Program-made: the position numbers and the translations under genes
Notes under the pieces: generated by a model
The model's database searches: none
Told to the model about the DNA's origin: nothing
The model's input: only the letters and a program-made list of their open reading frames with translations
Shown here: positions 22,440-34,877 of the stretch, piece by piece
Layout of the letters: each line of letters begins with the position of its first letter
Numbering within the stretch: position 1 is the stretch's first letter
From: Selaginella moellendorffii
Lineage: Eukaryota; Plantae; Lycopodiophyta
Assembly (NCBI RefSeq): GCF_000143415.4
Contig: NW_003314438.1
Location: 83,934 to 147,933 of the forward strand
Reading direction: 5' to 3'
Length of the DNA stretch: 64,000 nucleotides

Positions 22440-23057
22440 TGCATAAGCGACCGGACATCGCAGGAAGGCTGCGCCTCCACGACGAGATCGCCTTCGAGGA
22501 GCTTGGTCGTGACGGCGATGAACGAGCAAGGGCGCTTCTTAAAACTGTTTACGAGTAGAGAGCTCTTCTTTGTTCTTCGTGGACCGGGACCCGAGCTTGA
22601 GCAGTGTCTCCTCCCAGCTCGGGGCATTCAATTCCTCCATACCTGTGGATGAGAGCTTTCGGAGCTCTGTGTTGGTGTCACGGACCGGCGGGCATGTCCG
22701 ATGGCCACATGAAGACGTGCGCGAGTTTGAATCCCTTCAGCGATGGAAACGGTCGGATGGGGAGGATACTCCTGGCAGCCATTTTGATGCACGCCCTTCC
22801 CAAACGTACTGTTCGTGGAGAGCATGAAGCAGGAGCCGCCGTTCGTGAACAGGGACGACTACCGGGAGTGCTTTGAGAAGGCGCAGGCTGAGCAAGAGTT
22901 TGATGCGAGTTATGGCGAACGAGTGCTGAGCTTCACGAAAGAGGGGGCGGTGTGCCGGGTTGATCCGCCACGGGAGCTGGCGGCGCTGGCGATTGAAGGC
23001 GTTTACGTGGGGTGGAAGCGCTTTTGTTTCGAGCTCTGGACCAAGCGTTCCAGCTGA
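22440..23057 (+). pseudogene. Fic/Fido-domain protein, disrupted
   Basis: ORF 22604..22876 contains LNPFSDGNGRMGRILL, the Fic signature HPFxDGNGRxxR with the His replaced by Asn. The coding region continues in another frame (22815..23057). Confidence 0.75.
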
Positions 23058-23133
23058 AGCAAGCAACAGCATGGAAACCGAGGTGGTGGCAGCCGCGACA
23101 AGCTGTCGAGGCTTAGGCTCTATGTAATTTCTC

Positions 23134-24254
23134 TCATTGTACATAAGCTGACGACTCCTCCACGGCTCCAGATGCAACAGCACGGCCTGCGACGAAAGAG
23201 CCATAGCCAAGGGCTTTGTAGTCCACGGCTTCCGGCACAAAAAGCATGCAACTCATGAGCTCTTGAGCAAGCTCCAAGTCTTTCCAAGCAAGTCGATCAC
23301 ACACAAGTAGTGGTGTTTGAGCCGAAATCTTCGACCATTGGACACAAAGTGGCATAGATGGTTTACTCCCCGGATCACGTATGTTTCGTCTCCAAGATCA
23401 TAGATTGCACACATCGAGGCAAAGTTTATCAAGGAAGTGATCTCGTCAAACATGTCCTCTGGCAATCTTTGGCTTTGTGTAGGCAGTAAGCATAGCGCTC
23501 CATGAGATGGTGGCATTCTTCCAAAAGTGTCTCCGAGATGGCCTTTCTGCCTGAGCAGCGAGAATGATCGTCCAGGAGAACACATTCTTCTCCGGCATAA
23601 CATCAAAGACTTGCTTCGTCGCATGTTATCAAAGATCTTCCGGGATTCGTCGTCAGGAAAACGTTTTGGGCATACACTCCCATGTCTTGGTGCTGGATTC
23701 CATCGAAACCAGCCCCGTTACTTCTGCATACACTGTGAGCAGTGACATGGTCTATCTCGAAATCGAAGATTTTAAAACTAAATGCCTTTTTCCATAGCAA
23801 GTTCTTCCACGAAATCACATTCATTAGCTGGTTTACCCTGAATGGCATCTGCGGACAATATTGAGTTCCATGATACAAGATCTTTGTCGGGCATATTGTC
23901 AAAGAAGAAAGTTTCACCATCAGGAAAGTGATTTTGTGCATCTACCGAGGCATTATGCCGCCGTCATCGCGTTCCAGGTCACCATATTAGGCTGTGGCAT
24001 CGCGTCAAAGGTGGATTTGGTCTCTCTCAAGTATCCATTGCGAGAGTACGCGTGCAGCAGCAAGACCCACGAGAACTTATCCTTGACAGGGATTCGATCG
24101 AAGGCTTGTTGCGCGTGGAGGACACACCTATATATTTCGATGAGCTTGTTGGAGAGGAAGATTGCTGATTGCAATTCACAATGCATGCGTGTAGATCCTT
24201 GGCAGCTCTCTGGACGAGCTCGAGGCATTTTCTCCGATCCCAAGCATCTCCCAT
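23134..24254 (-). pseudogene. Degenerate tandem copy of the 20769-22307 PPR gene
   Basis: Same start MGDAWDRRKCLELVQ and VLHAQQAFDRI..KD.FSWVLLLHAYSRNGYLRE, with many indels. Confidence 0.88.
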
Positions 24255-26544
24255 AAAAAAAGCCAAGCTTAGCATATTCTGAGTCTAACTATTTAAGCAA
24301 AGTGTCGATAAATTTTTGTTTTTAATGATGGTTGTGATAGCAAAAACATTTTACGAGCGAGATTGATTGTAATCCATCATTCATTAAATTTATTTACAGT
24401 TTTTCTTTTTATTTTGTTCCAAGCAAAATAAAAGTGATGCACTACTAAACTGTATCCATTAAATACTAACATTTAGTTGTCTTGGTTAATTATTTTTTAA
24501 TATTTATTTACATTCAAATCACATTGATCCCAATCCATGCATCAATAGTTGATATTTTTTTATATGGTTATTATTAATTTTTAAAAAAAATCAACACTTT
24601 TAAGCTTGTTAATATATATAGAATAAAGAACATAGACGTGATGTTGCCAGGACCCGAGCAATATCTTCTGGAATGGGTATATAACTTACCTTTGTCAAAA
24701 ACGTTATCCTCAAGTAAACTTTTTCTCTTTCCACAGGCTTGGCAGCTTCTCCAAATTTTAATTTCAATTTAAATTTTCTTCCAAATTTATGGCACTTCTT
24801 TGTCTTCATATTTTAATCCCACATACATTTGTAGTGGTTCATTTTCATAATTATTAATTACCATTATGGCAACTTTAGATTTCATAAAGCTAATTAAAGC
24901 TGTGATTCATACTTATTTTTTATACTTTAATATTTTTATTTAAAACTGATTTAATATTATTTTCATCAATTTAAATATAATGGAATAACTAATATTGAAA
25001 AAGCTAAAACTTGTATGAAATAATAAAATAGTAACTTTTACACTTTTTTATTTATTAGTATACATTCAACATATTGCATAATTACATGATTAAACTAAAT
25101 CACTTGGTGAAATAGTTATAGAAAATAAAAGAAAGAAATATTTTCCACCATATGTTTTACTATATTATTCATAATTATGGTTTAGATTTAAAATTGAATA
25201 TACAAAACAAGTATGGATCTGGATTTTTATTAAAATAATTAATTAATTATAATGTAAAATTATATACATAATTATCATATATAAACCATATGCTCTACAA
25301 TTAAAATAACCTTTATAAATAATAGTAAAAATGATGTTCTATAACTAAATAGGCATTTAATATAGAAAACATAACTATTTACAAAAATATTATAAATTGT
25401 ATATACATCTCATAAATCTCATGAGAAAATTTAATACATATTACCATAAAAACTATATAATACATATTTTACATTTTAACTTTATTTTACATTTACTATA
25501 AACCATAAATACTTCGTTTATATCAAGTCAAGATATAATATTTTGAGAAGTATAATTAAAAATTTCAACAATAACACATATTTCTTTGTAAAGAAATTAA
25601 ATTTAAAATAATTATTTAAATTTAGTTACTTTTTATATGAACATTTTGAGGGTATTATAATTTATTACTTTTAATAATACTTCCTTCTATATTATTTAAT
25701 ATACTTAAATATAATTTCATAAATACTTAAAAAATTAAAAATTATCTTTCACTGTAATTGTATATTTTTCTAAAATAATATAAAATGTAGTAAAATATTT
25801 ACAATAAATTATAATTGATAATAACATAAAATTGTTTTTGGTGAATCTTAACTGTGGTGCTATAACTTTACATTCTAAACCTTTAATTTTATATTTTTGA
25901 TATCATCAAAAATGTTTAAATAAGAATATAAATTTCTTATAGTCACTTATTTGTTTTTTAAATTTTTTTAAGTAATTGGAATACTTCTAAACTTTAAAAT
26001 TCCTAAATTATTCTGTAATAAATTAAATTTTGTTTGTATTATTTTCTCCAAAGAATCTTAATTTGTTTAAATATTGTAATATACAGTATTTTTAATATAA
26101 TATTTATGTTATATCATATTATTTTTTAATTACATTTTAAAGATGATTTTTGTTATAAATATGAAATAATATACTTTTAATGGGAGAAAACTCTAAAATG
26201 ATTTACAAATTAGTCTTTAAAGAATATTAAAACTCTAAAAATTCTGTATGCTTTGATTATTTGATATAATTGTTTATCTGTTACCAAATTTGTTTATTAG
26301 TAGGATTATAATAATATAAGCTTATTAAATTGGGTAATATTTAGTATAAATTACCAATTACTAATTTCTATTAGTCAAAGAGATTATTTGAGAGATTACC
26401 TTTTTTTCTAGAACTGAATTGCTTTAAGAGTTTACTACCCTTTTAAGCACTAACCAGAATATAAACCTAATATAATACATTTGTCTTGATTAACTTTTAT
26501 TAAATATATATTATTACTATTTGCTGCAATGAGTGGAAGCTAAC

Positions 26545-26972
26545 AAGATCTTTGTCAGGCATTTTTGCAAAACATTAACTTGCACCGCATACTGACAAGC
26601 ATTGTGACCCACAAGACTAGATTTTTTGCCAGCATTTTGTTAAAGATTTGTCTCTCTCCCTGCGATTGCCCTTTCATGGCAAATGCCAAAGGCATCGCGT
26701 TCCAGGCCACCATGTTGGGCTGCGGCATTGGGTCGAAGGTGGATTTGGCCTCTCTCAAGTAGCCTTTGCGGGAGTACGCGTGTAGCAGCAACACCCACGC
26801 GAACCTATCCTTGGCGGCAATTCGATCGAAGGGTGGTGGACACTCCCCACGTCGCCCAAACATTTCGATGAGCTTGTTGGAGAGGAAGATATCGCTGCAA
26901 TTCACAATGCCTGAGTGTAGATCCAGTGTTTGGACGCTCTGGACGAGCTCGAGGCATTTTCTACGATCCCCA
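26545..26972 (-). pseudogene. Third, 5'-only copy of the same PPR gene
   Basis: DRRKCLELVQSVQTL...FDRIAAKDRFAWVLLLHAYSRKGYLREAKSTFD. Confidence 0.85.
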
Positions 26973-27119
26973 TTCCGGACTTGGCATATTGTCTCAGTGA
27001 AGTCTAGCAATATTTTTGTGTGTATTACTCTGTTTTCTTACTGGAGTTCGTCTTACATTTTCCTTGAATTCATGGGTGAAAACTTCAAGGTTTTGAGATT
27101 CCTATGATTACCGTATATG

Positions 27120-27390
27120 CACAGGAGGAGAAAACTTAAAACCTTGGAGATTTGTGACTGCTCGATCCAGGCCCAAACGGCATGTGGAGGAGAAGATCTT
27201 CGGCTATTCCGTGCGAGAAAAGAGATCGACGATACAGGTGTACTCGGGCAGCAAATTACAGCCATCCGTCATTCGCTGAATCCACGGCATCTCGTACGAC
27301 CATGGCTGCAAGCAAAGAGAATGCTGTTAAACGCCACACGGTCCGGGGATATGCCTCGAGATCCATCCATTGCCAGATTCGCAATGTGAT
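27120..27390 (-). pseudogene. PPR C-terminal fragment from a different gene
   Basis: GISPDRVAFNSILFACSHG, a typical PLS-PPR L2/S2 motif. Confidence 0.5.
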
Positions 27391-28184
27391 TATCTAGGTT
27401 AGATTCTCTCTTTGTGCATTGTTTTTTGGTCTGGACCATACGTTTATTAAGGAGACGAGTTTTGGAGTATTTTTCCAAGCAGATCAATATGGAAGATGGA
27501 CAGCGAACAATAGCTTCAAAAGTTTAGATTTAAATACTAGAAGCATGTTCACGTCTTCAAAATATCATTTTCGTTGATTTTTCCAAATCTCCACGTCACC
27601 TTTCCATTATTTTTACTTTCCAAAGCTTTTCAATTTCCTAGATGTTTGTCGAGATTTCTTCTGGACGCCACTCGAGGAGGAGATCCCGCTGCTCGAGCTA
27701 AGGCTTGGTCTTTCGATTCTTCATCCGAATGCTGTGAAACGAGGACGATCTCCTTAAGATATGGCCATTGGAAATCTGGAGGAAAAGAGTTTCCTGAGCA
27801 CCACTGGAACTTCGCAAAGAGAGGCTTACCATTGTTGTCGTAGGATAGATAAACAAGAGCTCCTGGAACTAAGCCAGAATCGTACATGGTAAGCTTGGGA
27901 GGTGTTGTGTCTGATGACAGAAAATTGGGTTTTGCTCTATGTTGGTTGCCAACGAGAGCAGTGGAGAACCAATCAAGTTATCCATACTGAATATATCCTT
28001 GCAGAGAAATCACTTCAATCACACAACAACCATCTCCGGAAACTAGAATCAATTGAACTGAATCAATTGTTCTTTGTGTTATAAATTTTCTAGCAAACTT
28101 CCAACCTCTGCCACAAACTAAATTTTTGCTAGATACTGAAACCAATTGATAACTTGCACAGAATATTATTAAATTTCTAAATCG

Positions 28185-29036
28185 TTAAACCTTAGAAGAG
28201 ACAGAGGACAAGAGCATTTTTATCTCAGTCAAATCCTGCTGGAGCTTCTCAAAATATCCCTTCACCACTTCTTCCACCACCCTGCGAGTGGCTGGCTCAT
28301 CCCGCTCCTGTTTACAATGCTACATAAGGTGACATTGACACACACATCTAAAACAGACAATCACCTTTTCCTCCAAAGCGTTTGCCACCCCGGGCTGGCG
28401 CGATCCCAATGCTTTGACCCCCGGAACGAGCCCCGGATACAAGCTCCAGTCGCGCTCAACTGGTTCAGCAGCGGTACCAACATCGATGATCTTGACGGCG
28501 GAATTTCCAGTTTGCTTGAACATGCCACAGATGGCTGGGCCAATCGTGCTACACAGATATTGGTTGTTGCAGTTGTACATGCTGTCGCAGCCCAGCTTCT
28601 CCACGCTCCCGTCTGCGAATCGTTCCCACCTGTAGAAGTGCATGTAATACCCGCACCGAAACAAAAGTCCGTAGCAGACATAAGGCCCGTCCGTTGCACC
28701 GAGTGCCTCGTCCAACGGATCTACGTGAGAATACAGCGAGACGCTGGAGATGACAGCGATGATCTCGCCCCTCTTGGCCACTCCCTCACGTTGCTGCTCA
28801 ACACCGCTAAGAAAACAAATAAGGATTCTCTGAAAGCAAATCAGAGAGCTCACTCACCTGTACTCCCTGACTTTGGATAAGTAGCGCTCCAGAAATGTTC
28901 TTGGCTCCTTCTGGCTGTTAAGGTAAACGTCCTCGAGGCCCATTCCTTTGATGCTCCATTTCTCCTTCTCAACACCGCATCGCCGCCTCTTGACTATCTC
29001 ATCGATATCTAGCAGCGCTACACGAACTGACCCCAT
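28185..29036 (-). CDS. Three-exon hypothetical protein
   Basis: Exons 29036-28858, 28806-28365 and 28307-28185 with GT-AG introns give a continuous frame MGSVRVALL...SSVSSKV*. Telo-box-like sequence lies just upstream. No family recognised. Confidence 0.55.
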
Positions 29037-29608
29037 CCCTCACAAGCCCTTACCCTAGGATTTTGCGGACTCAAAATATTAAAAAAGCAATCGTGAGTCC
29101 AGAAGATATAATTGTGGTAAAATGCACACATATATTTTTCAATTTTTCAACTGCAGAAAAAATGAAATATTTTTATGAAGATATGTTTAACCCAATGAGG
29201 TTTTGCACAAGCATTACCCCCCTTATCCGGATTGGCATGATCATTTAAACAACAATCCACACTGCATTATAATGGGTATACAAGCATTATTATTTTAAGA
29301 TTTTTTTCAGACTAAGAGTTACGCTAAAAATGTGTAAATATTGGGAAAAAAAATAATTGAAGTTATGTCAAAACCATTACATTTACATGAGAACAAGCTA
29401 CAAGAAACATATAGGAATAAAGAAATGATTATTTGACTGAATTAATATCTTCTTTGCCTAGATCTAGAATTTGCATTTCAACTCAATTAACACTAGTGGT
29501 GGTATTACAATTTTATTGCAAAACTAAATTAGTAGATTACAAATCCAAGGTAAATGGTATAATGTAAGATATAACCCAAATGCATTTATTGTTAATATAA
29601 TTGAGGTA

Positions 29609-29612
<4 letters not shown>

Positions 29613-29685
<73 letters not shown>
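29613..29685. repeat. (AT)n microsatellite, about 36 units
   Basis: Read directly. Confidence 0.97.
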
Positions 29686-29689
<4 letters not shown>

Positions 29690-29868
29690 TTAATGTTTGG
29701 AGAGATTATGACAAATGGAGTTTTATTCATAGAGCTATTATGAATTCTAATTTATATATAATGTCAATAGTATTATTTTTTAATTCTTGTCCTCACACAA
29801 CAATTACCCCTATCTAAGAGCTTTTAAATAAAATATAAAGTTTGGTTATCAAAAGATTATATTGGAGA

Positions 29869-30042
29869 TGTGAGGGCCAAGTGTACGGCTACGATGCCGT
29901 ATACTAATATTAGCGTAGTGGATTTTGGTAGCCGTCGGATTGGTTTCAATCCGGACCACTCGCTCCTGTATATAAGCTAGGGTTTTTGGGTTAATTGATA
30001 TGCACATTTCTATATTCCCTTTCCATATTCCATGCACTCACA
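29869..30042 (+). repeat. 5' LTR (174 bp)
   Basis: TGTGAG...CTCACA inverted termini, internal TATATAA box. Confidence 0.95.
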
Positions 30043-30043
30043 T

Positions 30044-30060
30044 TGGTGGAGGTGAGGGGC
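30044..30060 (+). promoter_or_regulatory. Primer-binding site, likely tRNA-Ala
   Basis: TGGTGGAG, 1 nt after the LTR, is complementary to the ...CUCCACCA 3' end of tRNA-Ala. Confidence 0.6.
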
Positions 30061-30275
30061 ACCTTTGATTGTCCCTGGGGAGTGCTTGGATGTGGGATTT
30101 CGGTTTAGATCTAGCTTTTGCATTGTCTAGATCTAGCTTTTTCCATTTCCTTTCTTTTGTTCTTTCCTTTCAGGATTTTGGTTTAGATCTAGCTTTTTGC
30201 ATTGTCTAGATCTACCATTTCTTTCCAGCTTTTTGTCATTTCTCTTCTTTTGCTCTTTCTTTCTCATTCATTTTC

Positions 30276-31208
30276 ATGGCCGATCCGCAATCTCCTCCTT
30301 TGACTCTAGAGCAGCAGTTGGTTCAATTGCTTGATGCTATGCGTCTGCAATTGAACAACCAAACTCAGTTGATGGCAGCGTTCATGGCACATGGTACAAC
30401 TCCTCCTGCTTTTGGTGCCAATCCTCGCGTTCGGCTGGAGTTCTTTCGTGGGAATCCTGGGGATGATGTGTACCATTGGTTCGATCACTTCACGGTGATT
30501 GCCACATATCATTCTTGGGATGATGCTCGACGTTTGCGTGAGTTCCCCACATGTCTTCAAGGGACGGCATTGCAGTGGTACAATGGATTGAGCGCAGCTA
30601 CTCGTGGCGATTGGAGTGTTCTTCCGGACGTCTTCAAACGCGCCTTTGGACACGCCGACGATTGTGATGATGCCTTCCAACAATTGCATCATCTTCGCCA
30701 AGGGCCATCTGAGTCGGTGATGCAATTTGGCGTTTGTTTCCGAAGTCTTTTGCTTCGTGCGGAGCCAAATATGTCGGAGCGGATCAAGCTAGGAATGCTG
30801 TGGCCAGCACTTCGTCAAGATCTTGTTGGACTTGTGCATGCACTTGCTCCTGCCACTCTTGACGATGCTCTTCGCTTGGCACAACGTTATGAGACGTCGC
30901 CTCTTCCACTTCTTGCTACACGTCCTTCAGCTCCACTTCCTATGAGTGATGGTCTTGTTCCCATGGAGGTTGATGCTGCTGCTACTCGAGTCCAAGGACA
31001 AGGGCGAGGACGTGGTCGTGGCCGTGACATTCGTTGCTGGGCGTGTGATGAAGTTGGTCATACTTATCGGCGTTGTCGGCGCTTTCCGGATTGGCGACCT
31101 CCATTTCCTGGGTGGAGACCTTGGCGTCAGCAACGTCCCGTTGGTGCTGCTGCGGTGGAAGGTTTGGATACCGAGATGCATTCGGGAAATGAGGAGTCGC
31201 GCGAGTAA
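30276..31208 (+). CDS. gag: Gag with CCHC zinc knuckle
   Basis: Retrotransposon gag core (F.G.PGDDV..W...F...W...CLQGTALQWY) and CWACDEVGHTYRRC knuckle. Confidence 0.92.
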   Translation: MADPQSPPLTLEQQLVQLLDAMRLQLNNQTQLMAAFMAHGTTPPAFGANPRVRLEFFRGNPGDDVYHWFDHFTVIATYHSWDDARRLREFPTCLQGTALQWYNGLSAATRGDWSVLPDVFKRAFGHADDCDDAFQQLHHLRQGPSESVMQFGVCFRSLLLRAEPNMSERIKLGMLWPALRQDLVGLVHALAPATLDDALRLAQRYETSPLPLLATRPSAPLPMSDGLVPMEVDAAATRVQGQGRGRGRGRDIRCWACDEVGHTYRRCRRFPDWRPPFPGWRPWRQQRPVGAAAVEGLDTEMHSGNEESRE

Positions 31209-34200
31209 TGGAGGGACCTTGCGCGAATAAGTTAGTGACCCCTCCATCTTTCTTTCGGGAGTTTCATCAAGGGGTTCACTCGGCACCGGTTCATCCAGTG
31301 TTTACTTTCCAAGCTCGTTTTTATAACAAGAGGTCTCCTATTCTTCTCTCCGTGTTGGTTGATACAGGTTCGAGTTTATCTTCTATTGCTCGACCTGTTG
31401 CCACACGTTGTCGTCTACACTTGCGTCGTGCGGCGGATCCAGTTTTCATTCTTTATGGCAACGGCCGTACACATGCATGTGCACGAGATGAGGTGGACCT
31501 GGTTGTGCGTGTGGGCGATCTCGAGCTTGAGTTGCAGTTGTTGCGGGTGGTGCCGAGTCAAGCTTTTGACCTCATTCTTGGTATGGATTGGTTGCAGCAC
31601 AATCATGCCAAGTGTGACTTTGAGGCTTTTCCCCCTTGTCTCATACTTCCTTATGTTTCATCCATTCCTCTTACTTCTGTACCTCTTCGTCCCTCTACTT
31701 CTACCTCTGCTTCCATTACTTTTGTTCCCCCATTATTTCCTCTTGTGTTTCCATCTTGTTCTGCTCTTCCCTTTTCCGATCCCTTCGATGATCTTTGTGT
31801 TGCAGCTGTTGACCAGCTCATGAAGGAGTATTCTGATCTCTTTGAATTTGACCTATCGTCTGGGGCCAAGATTGCCACACGTCATCCCATTCCAACCGGG
31901 GATGCTCGTCCAATCAAGGTTCCTGTTCGTCGTCGGTCACCCATGGAGATCAAGATTTTACGTGCAAACGTCAAGGAGATGTTGGAGAAGGGTGTTATTC
32001 GGAAGTCGCGGAGTCCTTGGGCATGTGAACCTCATCTTGTGATGAAGCCTGATGGGAGTATTCGTTTCTGCATCGACTATCGTCCGTTAAATGAAGTGAC
32101 GATCCCGGACGTGTACCCTCTTCCTCACACTGCTGATCTCTTGGATCGTCTGAGGCGAAGTCGTTGGTTCACCAAGCTAGATCTTGCTTCTGGGTATTGG
32201 CAAGTACCGATAGCTGAAGACGATATTCCTAAGACTGCTTTTCGTACACCATTTGGTTTGTACGAGTTTTTGGTGATGCCGTTTGGTTTGAACAATGCTC
32301 CAGCAACTTTTCAGCGAATGATGGACGAGGTTCTTTGCGATATGCCGGAGGTGACGGCTGACTTCATTGATGATGTCTTGATCCACTCGGAGGGGACGTG
32401 GGAGGAGCATGTTCGTGATGTTTGTAAAGTGTTGGATCGGCTACGCGACGTTGGTTTAAAGCTAAAGCGGTCGAAGTGCGTGTTTGGGTCCAAGGACACA
32501 ACTTATCTTGGGTACCGTATTTCTCGTGAGGGTTTGCAAGTTGATCCTGACAAACTTGTGGCTGTTCTAAAGTTCCCTACTCCGAAGTGTGTGAATGATG
32601 TGCAGCGCTTTTTGGGTAAGGTGCAGTATCTCGGTCGTTTTGTGGATCATCTTTCCGATCGCACTTTACCATTGTGAGCATTGCTGAAGTCATCAACGTC
32701 ATCTTTCATCTGGTCTCCCGATTGTGAGCGGGCGTTCGTGAATCTCAAAGAGCTATTGACAACTCCTCCGGTTTTGGCATATCCTGACTACACTCGACCT
32801 TTTATTTTGCGCGTGGATGCTTCTGACATTGGTCTTGGAGGTGTGTTGATGCAAGAGAGCTCGAGTGTGCCTGGTCAGCGCCATCCCATTGCATACATAA
32901 GCCGTACATTACAACCAGCGGAGATGAACTACTCCACGACGGAGAAGGAGTGTTTAGCAGCAGTCTGGGGTTTCGAGAAACTTCATGCCTATCTACATGG
33001 TTCTCGGACGTTACTTGAAGGTGACCATGCTGCGTTACTTCATTATTGAAGCGGAAGAACCTGGTTGGTCGTACGGCTCGATGGGCTTTGAAGCTTCAGA
33101 TATATGATTTTGATGTTGTTCATCGCCCAGGGAGTTCTATGGCTGATGCTGATGCCCTTTCTCGAGCTCCTCTTCCTTCTCCACTCACTTCTCATGTTTC
33201 TGACGAACCTGTTGTTCCAGCATCTGTGGATTTTCTAGATGAGGATTCTGTGCCGTCGGCGGTTGTTGTCCTTGACGTTCAGTGTCCACAGGGCGTAGAG
33301 CAAGATCTACCTTCTCTGGATGAGGTTCGCGAGGCTCAAAAGATTGAGCCGTGGATTCGAAGGCTTCGAGATGGGTTTGAGAATCCTGCATCACTTGCTG
33401 ATGACTTGCCTTTTCGGCATTTACATTCTCAATATCGCCTTGAAGATGGCCTTCTTTATTTTGTGGGGACGGATCCTGATGCTCATTTACGGCTGGTGGT
33501 GCCTTCGGTGTTTATTCCACGGTTTCTCCATGCCTACCATGATTCTCCTATTCTAGGTGGGCATATGGGACACCGTCGTGTCACCGAGAAGTTGCGCAGA
33601 TCTTTCTATTGGCCAGAGATGCGACGTGATATTATCCGGTATGTGCGTAGCTGCGTTTGGTGCCAAGCTCGTAATACTCCCCCTTGTGCTGCGGAAGGAC
33701 GGTTGGAGTCAATTGCAGTTTCTCGTCCGTTTGAGTTGGTGGCGTTTGATCTTATGGGACCTTTTCCGCGATCGACTGCTGGCAATGAGTATGTTATTAT
33801 TGCTTCTGACTACTTGACTCGTTGGGTGGAAGTTGGTGCTCTTGCTAGTGCCTCTGCAACTGCTGTTGGATACTTCCTCCTCAATCGAGTGGTGTTCCAG
33901 CATTCTTGTCCAGAACGGATTCTTTCGGATAATGGTTCTGCATTTATGGCTGAGGTATTTCATGTTTTGACATCTCGGTTGGGGATACGCCACACTTTTA
34001 CGAGTGCTTATCATCCACAATCAGACGGTCTGGTGGAACGGCTCGTTCAGACATTCAAAGGGATGATTGCGAAGTATGTGAACTTTCAACATTCGGATTG
34101 GGATGGTTATTTGCCGTCTCTTCGGTATGCTTATGTCACAGGGGTGTAGAGTTCTGTTGGTGCTTCACCATATAAACTTCTATATGGTCATGATCCAATA

Positions 34201-34671
34201 TTACCAACAGAGCTAGGTTTACCTTCGCGATTGCCACGAGCTCCTGATGCTAGGTCATGGGATCAATATTTGACAAGCATTCTTCCACTTGTCCGAGCAG
34301 AGTCTGCTGAACACTTAGGCCGCGTACAAGTGGGACAACAACGGCGCTACAATTCCCATCATCGTCCACCAGCGGAGTACAAAGTGGATGATTTGGTGTT
34401 AGTCCGTTTTCCCCATCTTACGGTACGTGGTTTATCTAAGGGGCTCCTTGCGCAGTGGAAAGGACCGTATCGGGTGTTGTGGCAAGTTGGACCACAAGTT
34501 TATGAGGTTCGGCATGACGTTCAGCAGGCCGATCCTCCAGAGATTGTGCATGTGCAGCGGTTAAAACGCTTCATACAGAGGGATCAGGAGCAGTTAATAC
34601 CGTCTATAGATCCACCGATGCCTCCTCCTGACGTTCCTCCAGATCCCGGCCCATCTACAAGAGAACCCTGA
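31208..34671 (+). pseudogene. pol: Pol (protease, RT, RNase H, integrase, GPY motif) with premature stops and a frameshift
   Basis: VLVDTGS; KLDLASGYWQV...MPFGLNNAPATFQR...FIDDVLI; VDASD...EKECLA; HHCC zinc finger and D,D35E; WKGPY. Stops at 32675 and 34147, frameshift near 33046. Confidence 0.93.
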
Positions 34672-34703
34672 CGGCCTTCCATTATTCCGAGAGGAGGGGA
34701 TGA

Positions 34704-34877
34704 TGTGAGGGCCAAGTGTACGGCTACGATGCCGTATACTAATATTAGCGTAGTGGATTTTGGTAGCCGTCGGATTGGTTTCAATCCGGACCACTCGCTC
34801 CTGTATATAAGCTAGGGTTTTTGGGTTAATTGATATGCACATTTCTGTATTCCCTTTCCATATTCCATGCACTCACA
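34704..34877 (+). repeat. 3' LTR (174 bp)
   Basis: Matches the 5' LTR except for one A/G difference. Confidence 0.95.

Larger units (their letters stand above)
29869..34877 (+). mobile_element. Full-length Ty3/gypsy LTR retrotransposon (non-chromovirus), 4-bp TSD GAGA
   Basis: TG...CA LTRs at 29869-30042 and 34704-34877, one mismatch in 174 bp. GAGA on both flanks. PBS TGGTGGAG at 30044. PPT GAGAGGAGGGGA at 34689-34700. Domain order gag-PR-RT-RH-INT, no chromodomain. Confidence 0.97.

Noticed and set aside
24300-26540. Extremely AT-rich tract as an origin or foreign insert
   Set aside because: No ORFs, termini or periodicity seen. It resembles other decayed TE or intergenic DNA in the window.
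29524-29730. ORF with (YI)n
   Set aside because: Translation of the AT microsatellite.
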